A DNA stretch of 64,000 nt, taken from assembly GCA_963422645.2 (NCBI GenBank), contig CAXXVO010000008.1, positions 608,001 through 672,000 on the forward strand, in the 5' to 3' direction. The notes below the pieces were generated by a model. The model saw nothing but the letters and a program-made list of their open reading frames with translations. It made no database searches and was not told the DNA's origin. This document shows positions 10,726-21,717 of this stretch, piece by piece. Every line of letters begins with the position of its first letter. The first letter of the stretch is position 1. A program made the position numbers and the translations under genes. The DNA comes from Alphaproteobacteria bacterium (lineage in GTDB: Bacteria > Pseudomonadota > Alphaproteobacteria > UBA828).

Positions 10726-13238
10726 CAGACTTCCTGACCTCGTGATGCTGGCTGTTCTGGGCAGCGTGCCGGGAACTCCTTGAATTCTGATACATTTCGG
10801 TTGTTTCAGGCGGTTTTTCGCTGGGTGTCGCGCCCGAGGTCTGATATTATAATTTGATACCAATTGCACGGTCTCAACCATGCCCAGTACCCTCCCAATG
10901 TGCCCTCCAGAGGCGGTCTCGATCGGCAACAGCTGCTTCGCCGTCCTGATCTCGGACGACACCTTCACCTACTTTTCCAACCTCATTCCCTTTGACAGCC
11001 ACGCCGCCGATGACCGCACGGCCATGCTCTTGCGGATCGGCCGCCTCGCGGCGATCAGCGCGGTCTCGCCGCAGGAACTGGCTGACGCTTTCGCTGTCTC
11101 GCGCGCGACGGTGCAGCGCGCACGACGGCGCTACCTGGCCGAGGGCGAAGCGGGGTTCATGAAGCCCCGGCGCGGTCGCGGGCCGTCGGTGTTCACTCCG
11201 GAGTTGGCGGAGAAGGCGACGGCGTTGCTGGCATCGGGCCTGAGCGGCTCTGCGGCGGCCCGGGTTCTCGGCGTGTCAGCGCCATCGGTCAACAAGTGGC
11301 GCCGTCAGGGACTGATCGGCAACACGGAGGCGGATGGGGAGCCCGGACGCTCAGCGCTGGCTGCGCCGCCTGACGCGGGTGCGGCTCCTGAAGGCCGTGT
11401 CGATGAAGAGAGTACCGGTGCCCCGGGGCCGGAGACGGCGCCGGGGCTGGAAGCGCAGCCGCAAACGGATCGCAGCGCGCGCGATCGGCGGGACCGGCAG
11501 GCGCCGATGGGGCGTGCGACTTGCGATGTTCCGGCTCGGGTTCTGGCCAGTTGTGGACAGGCGGGGCCGGTCGAACCGCAGTTCGCCGCCGCCGCCCGCG
11601 GTGTCCGCTTCGGCGGCGTGCTCGCCGCCCTGCCGGCCCTGCTGAAGGAAGGTCTTCTCTCCGAGACCGGTCTCCTGCCATTGCTGCCGAAGGGCTATTA
11701 CGGCTTGCCTACGATCCTGCTCTTCCTGGCCTTCATGACCTTGGCGCGGGTGCGCAACCCCGAGAGCCTGCGCTACCAGGCGCCGGGCGAATGGGGCGCC
11801 ATTCTCGGCCTCGATCGCTGCCCCGAGGTCAAGACGCTGCGCCGCAAGATCGCTCTCATCGCCGACGACGAGGCCGGCGTGCGGGCGTGGCAGCTCGCCC
11901 TTGCCAGGCGCTGGCAGGCGCCGACGAGCCGGAGCTCTGGGCGACGCTGGCCATCGACGGGCACGTCAAGGTCTACTCCGGCCGCAAGGGGCGCTTGCCC
12001 AAGCACTTCGTCTCGCGCGAGAAGCTGTGCCTGCCGGCGAGCGCCAGCTACTGGATCAACGCTCTGGGCGGCAAGCCGCTGCTCTGTCTGCACAAGCCGC
12101 TGGACCCGAAGATGGTCGCGGCCATCGAAGCCGACGTGGTGCCGGCGCTGCAGGAGCTTGGGATCGTTGGCGCCGGGGCGCCGGACCTGACCGCCGAGCA
12201 TCCCGGCCAGCCGGCGCTCACCCTGGTCTTCGACCGCGAGGGCTGGAGCCCGGATCTGTTCCGCCGGCTGGCGAGGCGCGGCGTCGCCTGCCTGACCTGG
12301 CACAAGAACTTCAGGGGCGAGGACTGGCCGGCCGAGGACTTCGGCGCGATGACCGTTCCCATTCACGGACCGGCGGCGGACGGCAGCGCCACCATGCGGC
12401 TGGCTGAGAAGCCGGTGACGTTGCCGAACGGCTTCAGGGTGCGCCAGATCCGCCGCCTGCTCGACAACGGCCGTCAGGTGCCGCTGATCACCACCGATCC
12501 GCACAAGCCGATGGCTGAGGTTGCGGGCGCCATGTTCTCGCGCTGGTCGCAGGAGAACTTCTTCAAGTACATGCGTGACGAGTTCAATCTCGACGCCCTG
12601 CCGACCCACGAGCTCGAGCCTCTCGATCCCGCCGCCATGGTCGTCAACCCGCTGCGGCGGGCCTATGACAAGGCAATCCATCGCCTCGACCGCCAGCTTG
12701 GCCGCCTGCGCAACCGCATCGCCGACACGGCCCGGAAGAAGCAGCCGACGGCGGAACTCAGGAGGGAAGTCAGGGACCTCCAGGATGTCCGCGACATCGT
12801 CAGGGCCAGCCGCAGGGAGACGCCCAAGCACTGCCGGGCCGGCGACCTCGACGAAGCCGAGCAGCTCGATGCCTTGCCCGCGCGCGAGCGCCTCCTCCTC
12901 GACGTCATCCGGATGATCGCCTACCGCGCCGAAACCCGCATGATGCTTCCCGTCATGCAGGCGCAGGGCCACAAGCCCCATCCCCGGAAACTGCTTCAAG
13001 CGCTGCTCACCGCCGATGCCGACATCCTGCCGGATCCTGGCAATGGCCTCCTGCGGGTCCACATTCTTGGCCTCGCAAACGACGCCTGCGACCGTTGGAT
13101 CGATGCGGTTCTGAGCGACCTGAACGCCACCGAAACGGTCTTCCCCGGCACCCGTCTGCGCATAGTCTACGACATCGACGGGGCCTCGGAATCCGCGCGG
13201 CTCGTGTCACCTAAAATCAGCAGAGGTCAGGAAGTCTG
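10726..13238 (+). mobile_element. IS-A copy 3, both ends present, -1 frameshift, non-matching flanks
   Basis: IRs at 10726 and 13238; left flank AATTT versus right flank AAGTT. Confidence 0.93.
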
Positions 13239-13540
13239 AAGTTGATCCCAGATGCCCTTCTTGCGCCAGCGGTTGAAGCGGTTGTAGCAGGTCGTGTAAG
13301 GCCCGTAGCGCTCGGGCAGGTCTCGCCAGGGGGCGCCAGAGCGCAGTACCCACATGATGCCGTTGAGGACGCGCCGATCATCCACACGCGGGACGCCGCG
13401 AGGCTTGTTCGGCAGCAACGGTTCGATCACGCTCCATTCGAAGTCGGTCAGGTCGTAGCGGTTCATCGGCAGGCTCCCGCAATTTGGGAGCTTGAATCAT
13501 GATTCGCTCTCTCCGGCAATTATTTTATGGGTACAGAACC
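13239..13540 (-). mobile_element. IS5-family remnant (DUF4096 N-terminal transposase 13466 to 13239), cut by IS-A copy 3
   Basis: MNRYDLTDFEW...WRDLPERYGPYTTCYNRFNRW; element end GGTTCTGTACCC next to CTAG at ~13540. Confidence 0.85.
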
Positions 13541-13605
13541 TAGTGTCTCATAAAGGGGACGGCAGTCGTACCCCCATGATCGGCGGAGAGGTGATCGACA
13601 TGCTG

Positions 13606-13983
13606 TCATCGATGTTCTCTGTTGCCAAGTGTGATGCGGATGTTGTGTCGGTAACACGGGATATGTCCGGTGCATGTACCAGATGATCTGTCCGGTTTTA
13701 GCTGGCGCAGGAACGTCCAGATTTCCTCGGCGCTCTCGATGTCACGGTTGTGGACGCCTGCCCACTCGCGCCACGCGGCGGGGAGAGGCTCGTGGCTCGG
13801 CCAGTTGTGGCCGCCACCTTCGACCCGGAGCAGCTTGACGGCGTTCGGGGTCCTGCAGCCGGTCCAGACGACTTCGAGGACGCGGCTGCCGTCTCCTGTG
13901 ATGCGGTCGTCCCGAAGTTTGGCCGTCTGGCCGGTGCAGCCGTGGAGCAGGCGAAAGTGCTCCATGGTCTCGGGGAACCTCAA
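13606..13983 (-). pseudogene. C-terminal fragment of an LpqC/PHB-depolymerase-like esterase
   Basis: VEGGGHNWP and DIESAEEIWTF motifs; no N-terminal catalytic Ser region. Confidence 0.65.
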
Positions 13984-14055
13984 GGCATAGGGCTATGCTA
14001 TCGTGGCAGCGGATCGGCGCCCGCCGCGCGGGCGTGCCCCCTTGGGAGCGGTCGT

Positions 14056-14757
14056 ATGGAACTGGCACTCGATGCCGTCACATCGGGCTATGGCGGCATC
14101 CCGATCGTCCGCGAGGTCTCGCTCGAGGTGGGCACGGGCGAGATCGTCGCCATCGTCGGCCGCAACGGCGTCGGCAAGACGACGCTGATCGAGACCATCG
14201 CGGGCCTGCTGCCCGTCATGGAGGGCGGCATCGCCTTTCGCGGCCGCGACGTGACCCGCGCGGATGCACGCGACCGTGCGCGGCTCGGCATGGGCTACGT
14301 ACCGCAAGGGCGCGGCATCTTCTCCCGCCTCTCGGTCGAGGAGAACCTGCGGATGGGCGAGCTCGTCGGGGGCAAGCGCGCCGAGGCCGCCTTCGAGCGG
14401 GTCTACGCGTGGTTCCCTCGCCTCGCCGAGCGGCGCCGCCAGCGGGCCGGCACCCTCAGCGGCGGCGAGCAGCAGATGCTCGCCATCGGGCGGATCTTGG
14501 TGGGGCAGCCGAGCATCCTGCTCCTCGACGAGCCGTCGGAAGGGATCCAGCCCACCATCGTCGAGCTCATCGCCGATGTGATCGCGAGCCTCAATGAGAA
14601 GGACGCGCTCACGGTGCTTCTGGTCGAGCAGAACATCGACCTGGTCTGCGCCACCGCGCATCGCTGCATCGTGGTGGACAAGGGTGCCACGGCGGCGACG
14701 CTCACGCCGGACGAGCTCGCCGACCCGGAGGTCGCGCGCCAGTATCTCGCGATCTGA
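14056..14757 (+). CDS. ABC ATP-binding protein (UrtE/LivF-like)
   Basis: GRNGVGKT, LSGGEQQ, LLDEPSEGIQP. Confidence 0.9.
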   Translation: MELALDAVTSGYGGIPIVREVSLEVGTGEIVAIVGRNGVGKTTLIETIAGLLPVMEGGIAFRGRDVTRADARDRARLGMGYVPQGRGIFSRLSVEENLRMGELVGGKRAEAAFERVYAWFPRLAERRRQRAGTLSGGEQQMLAIGRILVGQPSILLLDEPSEGIQPTIVELIADVIASLNEKDALTVLLVEQNIDLVCATAHRCIVVDKGATAATLTPDELADPEVARQYLAI

Positions 14758-14832
14758 ACACCGCCATCTCCGGCTCGCACCGCAGGGCGCGCGCATGCTA
14801 GGGTTTGCGCGCCAGTCAAGACCAACAGGGAG

Positions 14833-16107
14833 ATGGACGGAATGCGGTTTACGAGAAAGACATGGCACTCCTGCGCGGCTCTCGCGCTGGGGGTCGCCGT
14901 CGCTACACCCTTCGCGGTGGCATTGCCCGGCGAGGCCGCTGCGGAGATCAAGATTTGCGTGATCGACGATCATTCCGGCGATTTCGCATTGCCCAACATC
15001 CCGAAGACCCACGGCGCCCAGCTCGCCGTCGATGAGCTGAACGCGGCGGGAGGCGTGAACGGCGAGCAGATCGAGCTGATCCACTACGACGGCCAGTCCG
15101 ATGTGAAGCGCTATCAGGAGCTCGCCAACAAGTGCATCCTCGATGACGAGGTCGACGTCATCATGGCCGGCTACACGAGCTCCGAGCGCGAGGCCGCCCG
15201 TGCGGTTGCCGTGAAGAGCAAGACGATCTTCTGGCACAACAACCAGGGCGAGGGCGGCATCGCCGACAAGTACTCGTTCTTCACCGGGCCGATTCCGGAG
15301 CAGCAGATCCTCACCGGCGTCGAGTACATGATCAACACGTACGGGCCCAAGATGTACGTGCTCGCGGCGGACTACGGCTTCGGCCAGGTGAGCGCGCTCT
15401 GGACCCATGTCGCCGCCGGCCTCTTCGGCGGGGAGATCGTGGGCGAGGAGTTCATCCCGCTCGGCAACTCCGAGTATGCGGCCTCGATCGCCAACGTTCA
15501 GAAGGCGAAGCCGGACTTCATGGTCCACTATCTGGTGGGCGCCAATCAGTCGCAGTTCTATCCGCAGGCGCAGGCGGTCAACCTGGGGCTGCCGGCGATC
15601 TCGACGGTGAACCTGCAGCAGGGCTACGAGCACAAGCAGTTCTCACCGCCCTCGCTCGCCAACATGTACATTCCGGTCGCCTATATCGAGGAGATCCCGA
15701 CCGACGCCAACAAGGCCTTCCTCGAGGCCTGGCGCGCGAAGTGGCCGGATGAGCCCTACGTCAACCAGCCGGCGCGCTGCGCCTATGTCGCCGTCCACAT
15801 CATGGCGGAAGCCTGGCGCAGGGCGGGCACCGCCGAGACCGACGCCGTGATCGCCGCGCTCGAATCCGGCATCACCTTCGATGCGCCGGAGGGCCGCGTC
15901 CTCCTCGACCCGGCGACCCATCATCTGACCATGAACATCCGCATGGCCCATGTGGATGAGGCGCACGAGATCTCCTGGGTCCATGACTTCGGACCGGTCG
16001 AGCCCTGGTGGCTCAGGACGCTCGGCGTCAACCTCGTGCGCCAGAACGACGGGCGGCAGTACCTCCCGTGGGACGATGCGCGTTACGAGAAGTACAAGAA
16101 GGAATAG
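14833..16107 (+). CDS. Urea/short-chain amide ABC substrate-binding protein (UrtA/AmiC-like)
   Basis: Signal peptide; NAAGGVNG, GYTSSEREA, AADYGFG motifs. Confidence 0.85.
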   Translation: MDGMRFTRKTWHSCAALALGVAVATPFAVALPGEAAAEIKICVIDDHSGDFALPNIPKTHGAQLAVDELNAAGGVNGEQIELIHYDGQSDVKRYQELANKCILDDEVDVIMAGYTSSEREAARAVAVKSKTIFWHNNQGEGGIADKYSFFTGPIPEQQILTGVEYMINTYGPKMYVLAADYGFGQVSALWTHVAAGLFGGEIVGEEFIPLGNSEYAASIANVQKAKPDFMVHYLVGANQSQFYPQAQAVNLGLPAISTVNLQQGYEHKQFSPPSLANMYIPVAYIEEIPTDANKAFLEAWRAKWPDEPYVNQPARCAYVAVHIMAEAWRRAGTAETDAVIAALESGITFDAPEGRVLLDPATHHLTMNIRMAHVDEAHEISWVHDFGPVEPWWLRTLGVNLVRQNDGRQYLPWDDARYEKYKKE

Positions 16108-16124
16108 TCGCTCGTTCAATCGCG

Positions 16125-16154
16125 ACCGGGCCGGTGTAAACGCGCCGGCCCGGT
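16125..16154 (+). terminator. Intercistronic stem-loop after the binding-protein gene
   Basis: ACCGGGCCGG...CCGGCCCGGT, 10-bp arms. Confidence 0.5.
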
Positions 16155-16185
16155 ACCCTTTGGCTAATCGCTGACGGTCGGCACG

Positions 16186-17082
16186 ATGGAAACGATCTCT
16201 TTCATCGTCAGCCTGCTCTACCAATACGCCGACACGATCGGGGTCCTCGCGCTTTCCGCGATCGGGCTGATCATCATCTTCGGCATGATGGGCGTCATCA
16301 ACATGGCGCACGGCGAGATGATGATGATCGGCGCCTACATCACCTCCTTCGCCTATTTCGCGGGCGTCCCCAGCGGCATCGCCGTGGTCTTCGGCGCGCT
16401 GGGGGCGGGGCTCGCAGGCGTGGCCCTTGAGCGCGTCATCATCCGCCGCTTCTACGGCCAGCTCTTGTCTTCGCTCGTCGCCACATGGGGGCTCAGCCTG
16501 CTGCTGAGCCAGGGCGCGCTGCTCATCTTCGGCCCGCAGATCAAGAGCGTGCCGACGCCCTTCGGCAGCTTCGCGCTCGCCGAGCTCTCCTACTCCTACT
16601 ATCGGCTCTTCATGCTGGGGATTGCGCTGATCACGATCGCGGGCCTCTGGGCGCTCTTTCGCTACACCCGCTTCGGCGTCCACGCGCGGGCCACCATGGA
16701 GAACCCCAGGATGGCGCGGGCGCTGGGTGTCGATACCGCCCGCATCTACGCCCTGACCTTCGGGCTGGGCGCGGCCCTCGCCGGCTTCGCCGGCGGCCTG
16801 CTGGCGCTCACCGCCAACATCGGCCCCTTCTACGGCATGAGCTACACGCCGCAGGCCTTCATCACGGTCGTGGTGGGCGGCGGCGCCGACGTCATCACCG
16901 GCCTGCTCGCGAGCGTGCTCTCCCTCGGCTTGGCGAAGACGGTCTTCGTGAACCAGTTCAACATCCTGCTCGGCCACGTCGCGATGCTGGTGCTGGCCTT
17001 CGTGATCATCCGCCTGATGCCGGCCGGCATCTCCGAATGGATCGAGCGGCGCCGCACGAGCATCAGGGTCAGGGGCCGGTGA
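16186..17082 (+). CDS. ABC permease (UrtB/LivH-like)
   Basis: GMMGVINMAHGE motif; hydrophobic. Confidence 0.9.
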   Translation: METISFIVSLLYQYADTIGVLALSAIGLIIIFGMMGVINMAHGEMMMIGAYITSFAYFAGVPSGIAVVFGALGAGLAGVALERVIIRRFYGQLLSSLVATWGLSLLLSQGALLIFGPQIKSVPTPFGSFALAELSYSYYRLFMLGIALITIAGLWALFRYTRFGVHARATMENPRMARALGVDTARIYALTFGLGAALAGFAGGLLALTANIGPFYGMSYTPQAFITVVVGGGADVITGLLASVLSLGLAKTVFVNQFNILLGHVAMLVLAFVIIRLMPAGISEWIERRRTSIRVRGR

Positions 17083-18161
17083 TGGAGCGCGTCCTCGGCG
17101 GCCTGGCGGGGCCCAACGAGATGGGCCGGCATTGGGGATTCTGGGTGGGCTTCCTCGCGGTGATCGCGGCCGGTGCGGCGGCGCCCGACTACCTCTCGCG
17201 CTACGAGCTGCTGAATTTCTCCAACTTCCTGACCAGCGTCTTCCTCGCGCTCGGCCTCTGCGTGATGTGGGGCTTCTGCGGCATTCTGAGCCTCGGCCAG
17301 GGCGCGTTTCTCGGCCTCGGCGGCTACGCCTACGGGATCGCCGGGATCAACTTCATCGAGAGCCACGGCCACACCTGGGCGGCCCTCGGTGTCGGGCTCG
17401 CGGTGCCCGTCGCGGTTGCCGCGCTACTCGGCTTCATCATGTTCTATGCCAGGCTGCGCGGCGTCTACGTGGCGATCCTGATGCTGGTCGTGACGCTCCT
17501 GCTGGAGACCTTCCTCAACCAGACGGCTGGCCAGGGCTGGTTCATCGGCGACGCGCACCTCGGCGGCAACAACGGCCTCGGGCGCTTCTCCGGCGTCATC
17601 CGCGAGCCGCCGTCGCTCCAGTTCGGGCTCGGCGACCCCGATATCGAGTTCAACGGCCGGACGCGGGCCTTCTACTTCCTCACCTTCGGCCTCGTGGTGG
17701 TTGTCTATCTGGGTCTCCGCTGGCTGGTGAACTCCAAGGCCGGGCGGGTGATGATCGCGATCCGCGAGGATGCCGAACGCACCGAGGCGCTGGGCTACGA
17801 CATCCGCCTGATCCAGCTCGGCGTCTTCTGCCTCGGCGCCTTTCTCGCCGGTCTTTCCGGCATCCTCTACGTCTCGTGGGAGAGCTTCATCACGCCCACG
17901 GTCTTCGGCGTGCAGAACAACATCCTGCCGGTGATCTGGGTCGCCGTCGCCGGCCGCAAGAGCCTGACGGCCACCGTCATCGGCACGCTGTTCCTGCTCT
18001 GGCTCTCGCAGAAACTCGCCGTGCAGGGAAACTATGCGCTGGTGGTCCAGGGCGCGATCTTGATCCTGGTCATGATGCTGCTGCCGGAAGGCGCAATCAC
18101 GGGGCTGGTTGCGCGCTTCCAGGCGCTGCGGCAGCGGCTCGCGCGCGGGGCGTCGACATGA
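17082..18161 (+). CDS. ABC permease (UrtC/LivM-like)
   Basis: WGFCGILSLGQ, LGGNNG, AIRED motifs. Confidence 0.88.
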   Translation: MERVLGGLAGPNEMGRHWGFWVGFLAVIAAGAAAPDYLSRYELLNFSNFLTSVFLALGLCVMWGFCGILSLGQGAFLGLGGYAYGIAGINFIESHGHTWAALGVGLAVPVAVAALLGFIMFYARLRGVYVAILMLVVTLLLETFLNQTAGQGWFIGDAHLGGNNGLGRFSGVIREPPSLQFGLGDPDIEFNGRTRAFYFLTFGLVVVVYLGLRWLVNSKAGRVMIAIREDAERTEALGYDIRLIQLGVFCLGAFLAGLSGILYVSWESFITPTVFGVQNNILPVIWVAVAGRKSLTATVIGTLFLLWLSQKLAVQGNYALVVQGAILILVMMLLPEGAITGLVARFQALRQRLARGAST

Positions 18162-18946
18162 CGGGCGGTGAGGCGGGCACGGGAGGTGGGGCGGGCGCGG
18201 GCGACGGCACCCTGCTCCGGACCGAGGGCCTCGCCAAGGCGTTCGGCGGGGTCCGCGCGGTCGATGGCGTGGACTTCACCCTGGAGCCCGGCGCACTGCG
18301 TTGCATCATCGGCCCCAACGGCGCCGGCAAGAGCACCTTCTTCAAGCTTCTGCTCGGCAGCATCAAGCCGGACAAGGGCACGATCCGGTTTCGCGGGCGC
18401 GATGTCACGCGCGTCGAGACGCATCGGCGCGCCCACATGGGGATCGGCGTCAAGTTTCAGCAACTCGGCGTCTATGGCGACCTCACCGTGCGCCACAACA
18501 TGCAGCTGCCGCTCCAGCACAGCCTCTCGGGCGAGGCGATGGACGCGGAGATCGCGCGGCTGCTCGAGCGGCTCAACCTCGCCGGCACCGAGGATCGCCG
18601 CGTAGCTGAGCTTGCGCACGGTCAGCGGCAGTGGCTCGCGATCGGCATGGCGCTTGCGATGCGGCCGGTTCTTCTGCTGCTCGACGAGCCGACCGCCGGC
18701 ATGGGGCCTGAGGAAACCCGGGCCACCGGCGCGCTCGTCCACTCGGTCCATGAGGAGGGCGTCACGATCGTCGTCGTGGAGCACGACATGGCGTTCGTGC
18801 GCCAGCTCGGCGCACCGGTTACCGTGCTTCACTATGGGCGGGTGTTCGCCGAGGGATCGCTCGCGGCGATCGAGGGCAACGAGGACGTTCGCAACATCTA
18901 TCTCGGCGGGTCACGAACGATGGCCGTTCGGAACCGCCACCACTGA
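18158..18946 (+). CDS. ABC ATP-binding protein (UrtD/LivG-like)
   Basis: GPNGAGKS, LAHGQRQWL, LLDEPTAGM. Confidence 0.9.
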   Translation: MTGGEAGTGGGAGAGDGTLLRTEGLAKAFGGVRAVDGVDFTLEPGALRCIIGPNGAGKSTFFKLLLGSIKPDKGTIRFRGRDVTRVETHRRAHMGIGVKFQQLGVYGDLTVRHNMQLPLQHSLSGEAMDAEIARLLERLNLAGTEDRRVAELAHGQRQWLAIGMALAMRPVLLLLDEPTAGMGPEETRATGALVHSVHEEGVTIVVVEHDMAFVRQLGAPVTVLHYGRVFAEGSLAAIEGNEDVRNIYLGGSRTMAVRNRHH

Positions 18947-18973
18947 GACCGACAAACCAAGGGAGAGACGGCG

Positions 18974-19963
18974 ATGCAGAGGATCAATCGGGGCGATATT
19001 CCGAGCAAGTACGCCTTCGACTGGGAAGACGAGCCGGTGCTCAGGGTGGCGCAGGGCGAGACGTTTCAGCTCGAGACCGACGACGCGCTCTCAGGCCTCA
19101 TCGCCGACGACAGCGACGACCCAAAGGTGCACGACTTCACCGGCGAGCACGTGGTGGCGCTGCAGAGCGTCTGGCCGCCCAAGTACAACCCGGTGGTCGG
19201 CCCGATCTACGTGGAAGGCTGCGAGCGCGGCGACACCCTCGCCGTGAACATCCACTCGATCGACCCCTGGCGCTACGGCTTCTCGGGCATTCTGCCCGGC
19301 ATCGGCCCGCTGGGGGATTCGAAGCGCTGGGCGGACTGCTCGGAGGCGCACGTGCAGGTGATCGAGCATTTTCCCGGCCCAAGCGGGCATACGCGGGACG
19401 GCATGGGCAAGTATTCCGACAAGCTGACCTGGGACCTGATGCCCTTCTGCGGCACGCTGGCGTGCGCGCCGGAGCGTGAGGTCTTCACCTCACTGCTGGG
19501 CCAGGGCCCCTTCGGCGGCAACATCGACTGCCGCGACGTGTGCGCCGGCCACACGATCCTGCTCAACGCCTACCACGACGGCGGCCTGCTCTATGTGGGC
19601 GACATGCACGGCGGGCAGGGCGACACCGAGTTCACCGGCATCGCCGACGAGACGCGGGCGACGATTCAGCTGAGCGCAACGGTGATCAAGAACAAGCACG
19701 CGCCTTGTGTGCGGATCGAGAAGCCGGACAGCATCGTGGCGGTCGGCATCAACCTGCCGATGGAGCACGCGGTCTACGACGCCTGCGACAACATGATGCA
19801 GTGGCTCAGGGACGATCACGGGATCAGCGGCAAGGATATGTACATCCGCATGTCGTGCGATCCGGCGTTCCGTATCCGCACCTATCAGATGGTGCGCGCG
19901 GTGACGATCCAGCACGTCGTCGGCGCCGAGTATCCCAAGGAGCGCCTTGTCCCCGCGTTTTAG
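18974..19963 (+). CDS. Acetamidase/formamidase family protein
   Basis: NPVVGPIYVEG, GGNID, GDMHGGQGDTE motifs. Confidence 0.9.
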   Translation: MQRINRGDIPSKYAFDWEDEPVLRVAQGETFQLETDDALSGLIADDSDDPKVHDFTGEHVVALQSVWPPKYNPVVGPIYVEGCERGDTLAVNIHSIDPWRYGFSGILPGIGPLGDSKRWADCSEAHVQVIEHFPGPSGHTRDGMGKYSDKLTWDLMPFCGTLACAPEREVFTSLLGQGPFGGNIDCRDVCAGHTILLNAYHDGGLLYVGDMHGGQGDTEFTGIADETRATIQLSATVIKNKHAPCVRIEKPDSIVAVGINLPMEHAVYDACDNMMQWLRDDHGISGKDMYIRMSCDPAFRIRTYQMVRAVTIQHVVGAEYPKERLVPAF

Positions 19964-20010
19964 TGCCATGTTGCCGAAGTTCGCATGCATTTGTGCGGTG
20001 CCCCCAACTC

Positions 20011-20040
20011 GTCATGGCCGGACTCGTTCCGGCCATCCAC
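20011..20040 (+). repeat. Alphaproteobacterial REP-like palindrome (one half of the usual pair)
   Basis: GTCATGGCCGGACTCGTTCCGGCCATCCAC resembles the recalled Rhizobiales GTCATGGCCGGGCTTGTCCCGGCCATCCAC repeat. Confidence 0.65.
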
Positions 20041-20067
20041 CCTGCGACAGAGCTGGCCGAGGGAGAT

Positions 20068-20868
20068 TGTAGGGGGACGAAAGTCATTGCGAATCCGGAA
20101 GATGCCGGGAAGAAGGCGGAAGAAGGCGGACGGTCAAGGGGTTGGCGGCGTTTCCGGGGTCTGGCGGGCCGGACGAAAGTCTTTGCGAATCCGGCCCGGA
20201 AAGGGCCGTGAATTGGCTGGAAACGGTGATTTTCGGGGCGTTTCAGGGGTGCTGAAAGGCCTGTAAATCGGCGCGGTTCCGGGGGTGCGGATTCGCCGGT
20301 AAATCCCGGTGCGGCGCGGTGCTTCGCCTCGCCCGGTCTACGATGCCGGCGTTGTCCCCGCGCCGGCCTCCTTCCCTTCGAGATCGGCGCGCCGCGGGTC
20401 GCGTGCGATCTCCTCGTCGGAGAAGGGCTTTCGCCCGGGGTTCTCGACCTCCCAGCTTTCCATCCATGGCAGCGACTGGCATCCGCAGTTGATCGTCTCG
20501 GCGGCGGGTCCGGCGGGATCGCGGGGGTACATGAGCGAAGCGCCGCCGACGTCGAAGGGCCTGGCGGCTTCCCTGGTCTGTCCGTCGACGGCGTCGTGGG
20601 CGATGCGGCTTCTGAGCTTTCCGGAGCGTCGCCACTGCTTCTTCAGCCCCGGCAGGACCTCGGCGGCCTGCTCCATGCGCTGCTGTCCGGCCATGGAGTA
20701 TGCGCGGCCGAGCTCGGTCCGCACGATTGTCAGGGCGCGGGACCTGCCGCCGCTCTTGAGGATGGCGGCGACGCGGCCGGTGGTCTCGCCGACGGGGACC
20801 GAGCCGGTCATCCAGGCCATTCGCAAAGACTTCCGGCCGCGATTCGCAAAGACTTTCGTCCGGCTACA
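20068..20868. mobile_element. Mini Mu-like/Tn7-like element (801 bp) with TGT...ACA ends
   Basis: Ends TGTAGGGGGACGAAAGTCATTGCGAATC and reverse complement TGTAGCCGGACGAAAGTCTTTGCGAATC; four copies of an AAGTCWTTGCGAAT site. Confidence 0.8.
20338..20820 (-). pseudogene. Phage head morphogenesis protein (Mu gpF/SPP1 gp7-like), C-terminal part
   Basis: RALTIVRTELGRAY...KKQW...RIAHDAVDGQ...PF...LMYPRDP...ETINCGC. Confidence 0.8.
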
Positions 20869-21563
20869 GCCTTCCCGCCGGGCGTCACCGCCCCGGTCCA
20901 GTACGGCCCTCGCATCACCGCTTGGGTGAGTTACCTGCTGTACGCCCAGTTCGTGCCCGAGAAGCGTCTGGCCGAACTCATGAGCGACATCTTCGCGGTG
21001 TCCATCTCCACTGCCACGATCGCCGCCATGGGCCGGCGCACAGCGCAGCGCTTCGAGGGCTTCCTCGACCATGTCGCCGATCTGATCCGCACGCAGGCGC
21101 CGGTCAAGCACCTCGACGAGACCGGCCTGCGTATCGCCGCCCGTACCCGCTGGCTCCATGTGCTGTGCACCCCGTTGCTCACCGTCCTGCGCATCGGCGA
21201 GGGACGCGGCGATGTCGAAAAGAACCTGAAAGGCATCCTCGTCCACGACGACTTCGCCCCCTACTTCACCATCAAGGGCGTCCGCCACGGCGCCTGCAAC
21301 GCACATCACCTGCGCGAACTCCAGGCCCTGATCGACATCGAGAAGGAGGAATGGGCGGCGAGCATGCACCGCCTGCTTCAGCGCGCGCGCAGGGCCGCCC
21401 GCTTCGCCCGTGAGAAAGACCGTCAAGTCCCCGCCTCCCTGGTGGCCCGCATCTCAAGGGCATGGGACCGTATCCTCGAAGAAGCCATCGCCTTCCATGA
21501 GGCCCAACCGCCGCTCCAGATCGCAAAGCGAGGGCGAAAGAAACGCCGCATCGGCCACAACCT
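20869..21563 (+). pseudogene. IS66 transposase, middle part (5' end lost), interrupted by IS-A copy 4
   Basis: PVQYGP, KHLDET, VHDD, CNAHHLREL; continues in frame at 30432 (HNL|ARRLQKH). Confidence 0.9.
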
Positions 21564-21717
21564 CAGACTTCCTGACCTCGTGATGCTGGCTGTTCTGGGC
21601 AGCGTGCCGGGAACTCCTTGAATTCTGATACATTTCGGTTGTTTCAGGCGGTTTTTCGCTGGGTGTCGCGCCCGAGGTCTGATAGTATAATTTGATACCA
21701 ATTGCACGGTCTCAACC

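Noticed and set aside
20338-21621. 362-aa and 341-aa ORFs as real fusion proteins
   Set aside because: Each crosses the mini-Mu/IS66 junction and is half antisense to the other fragment
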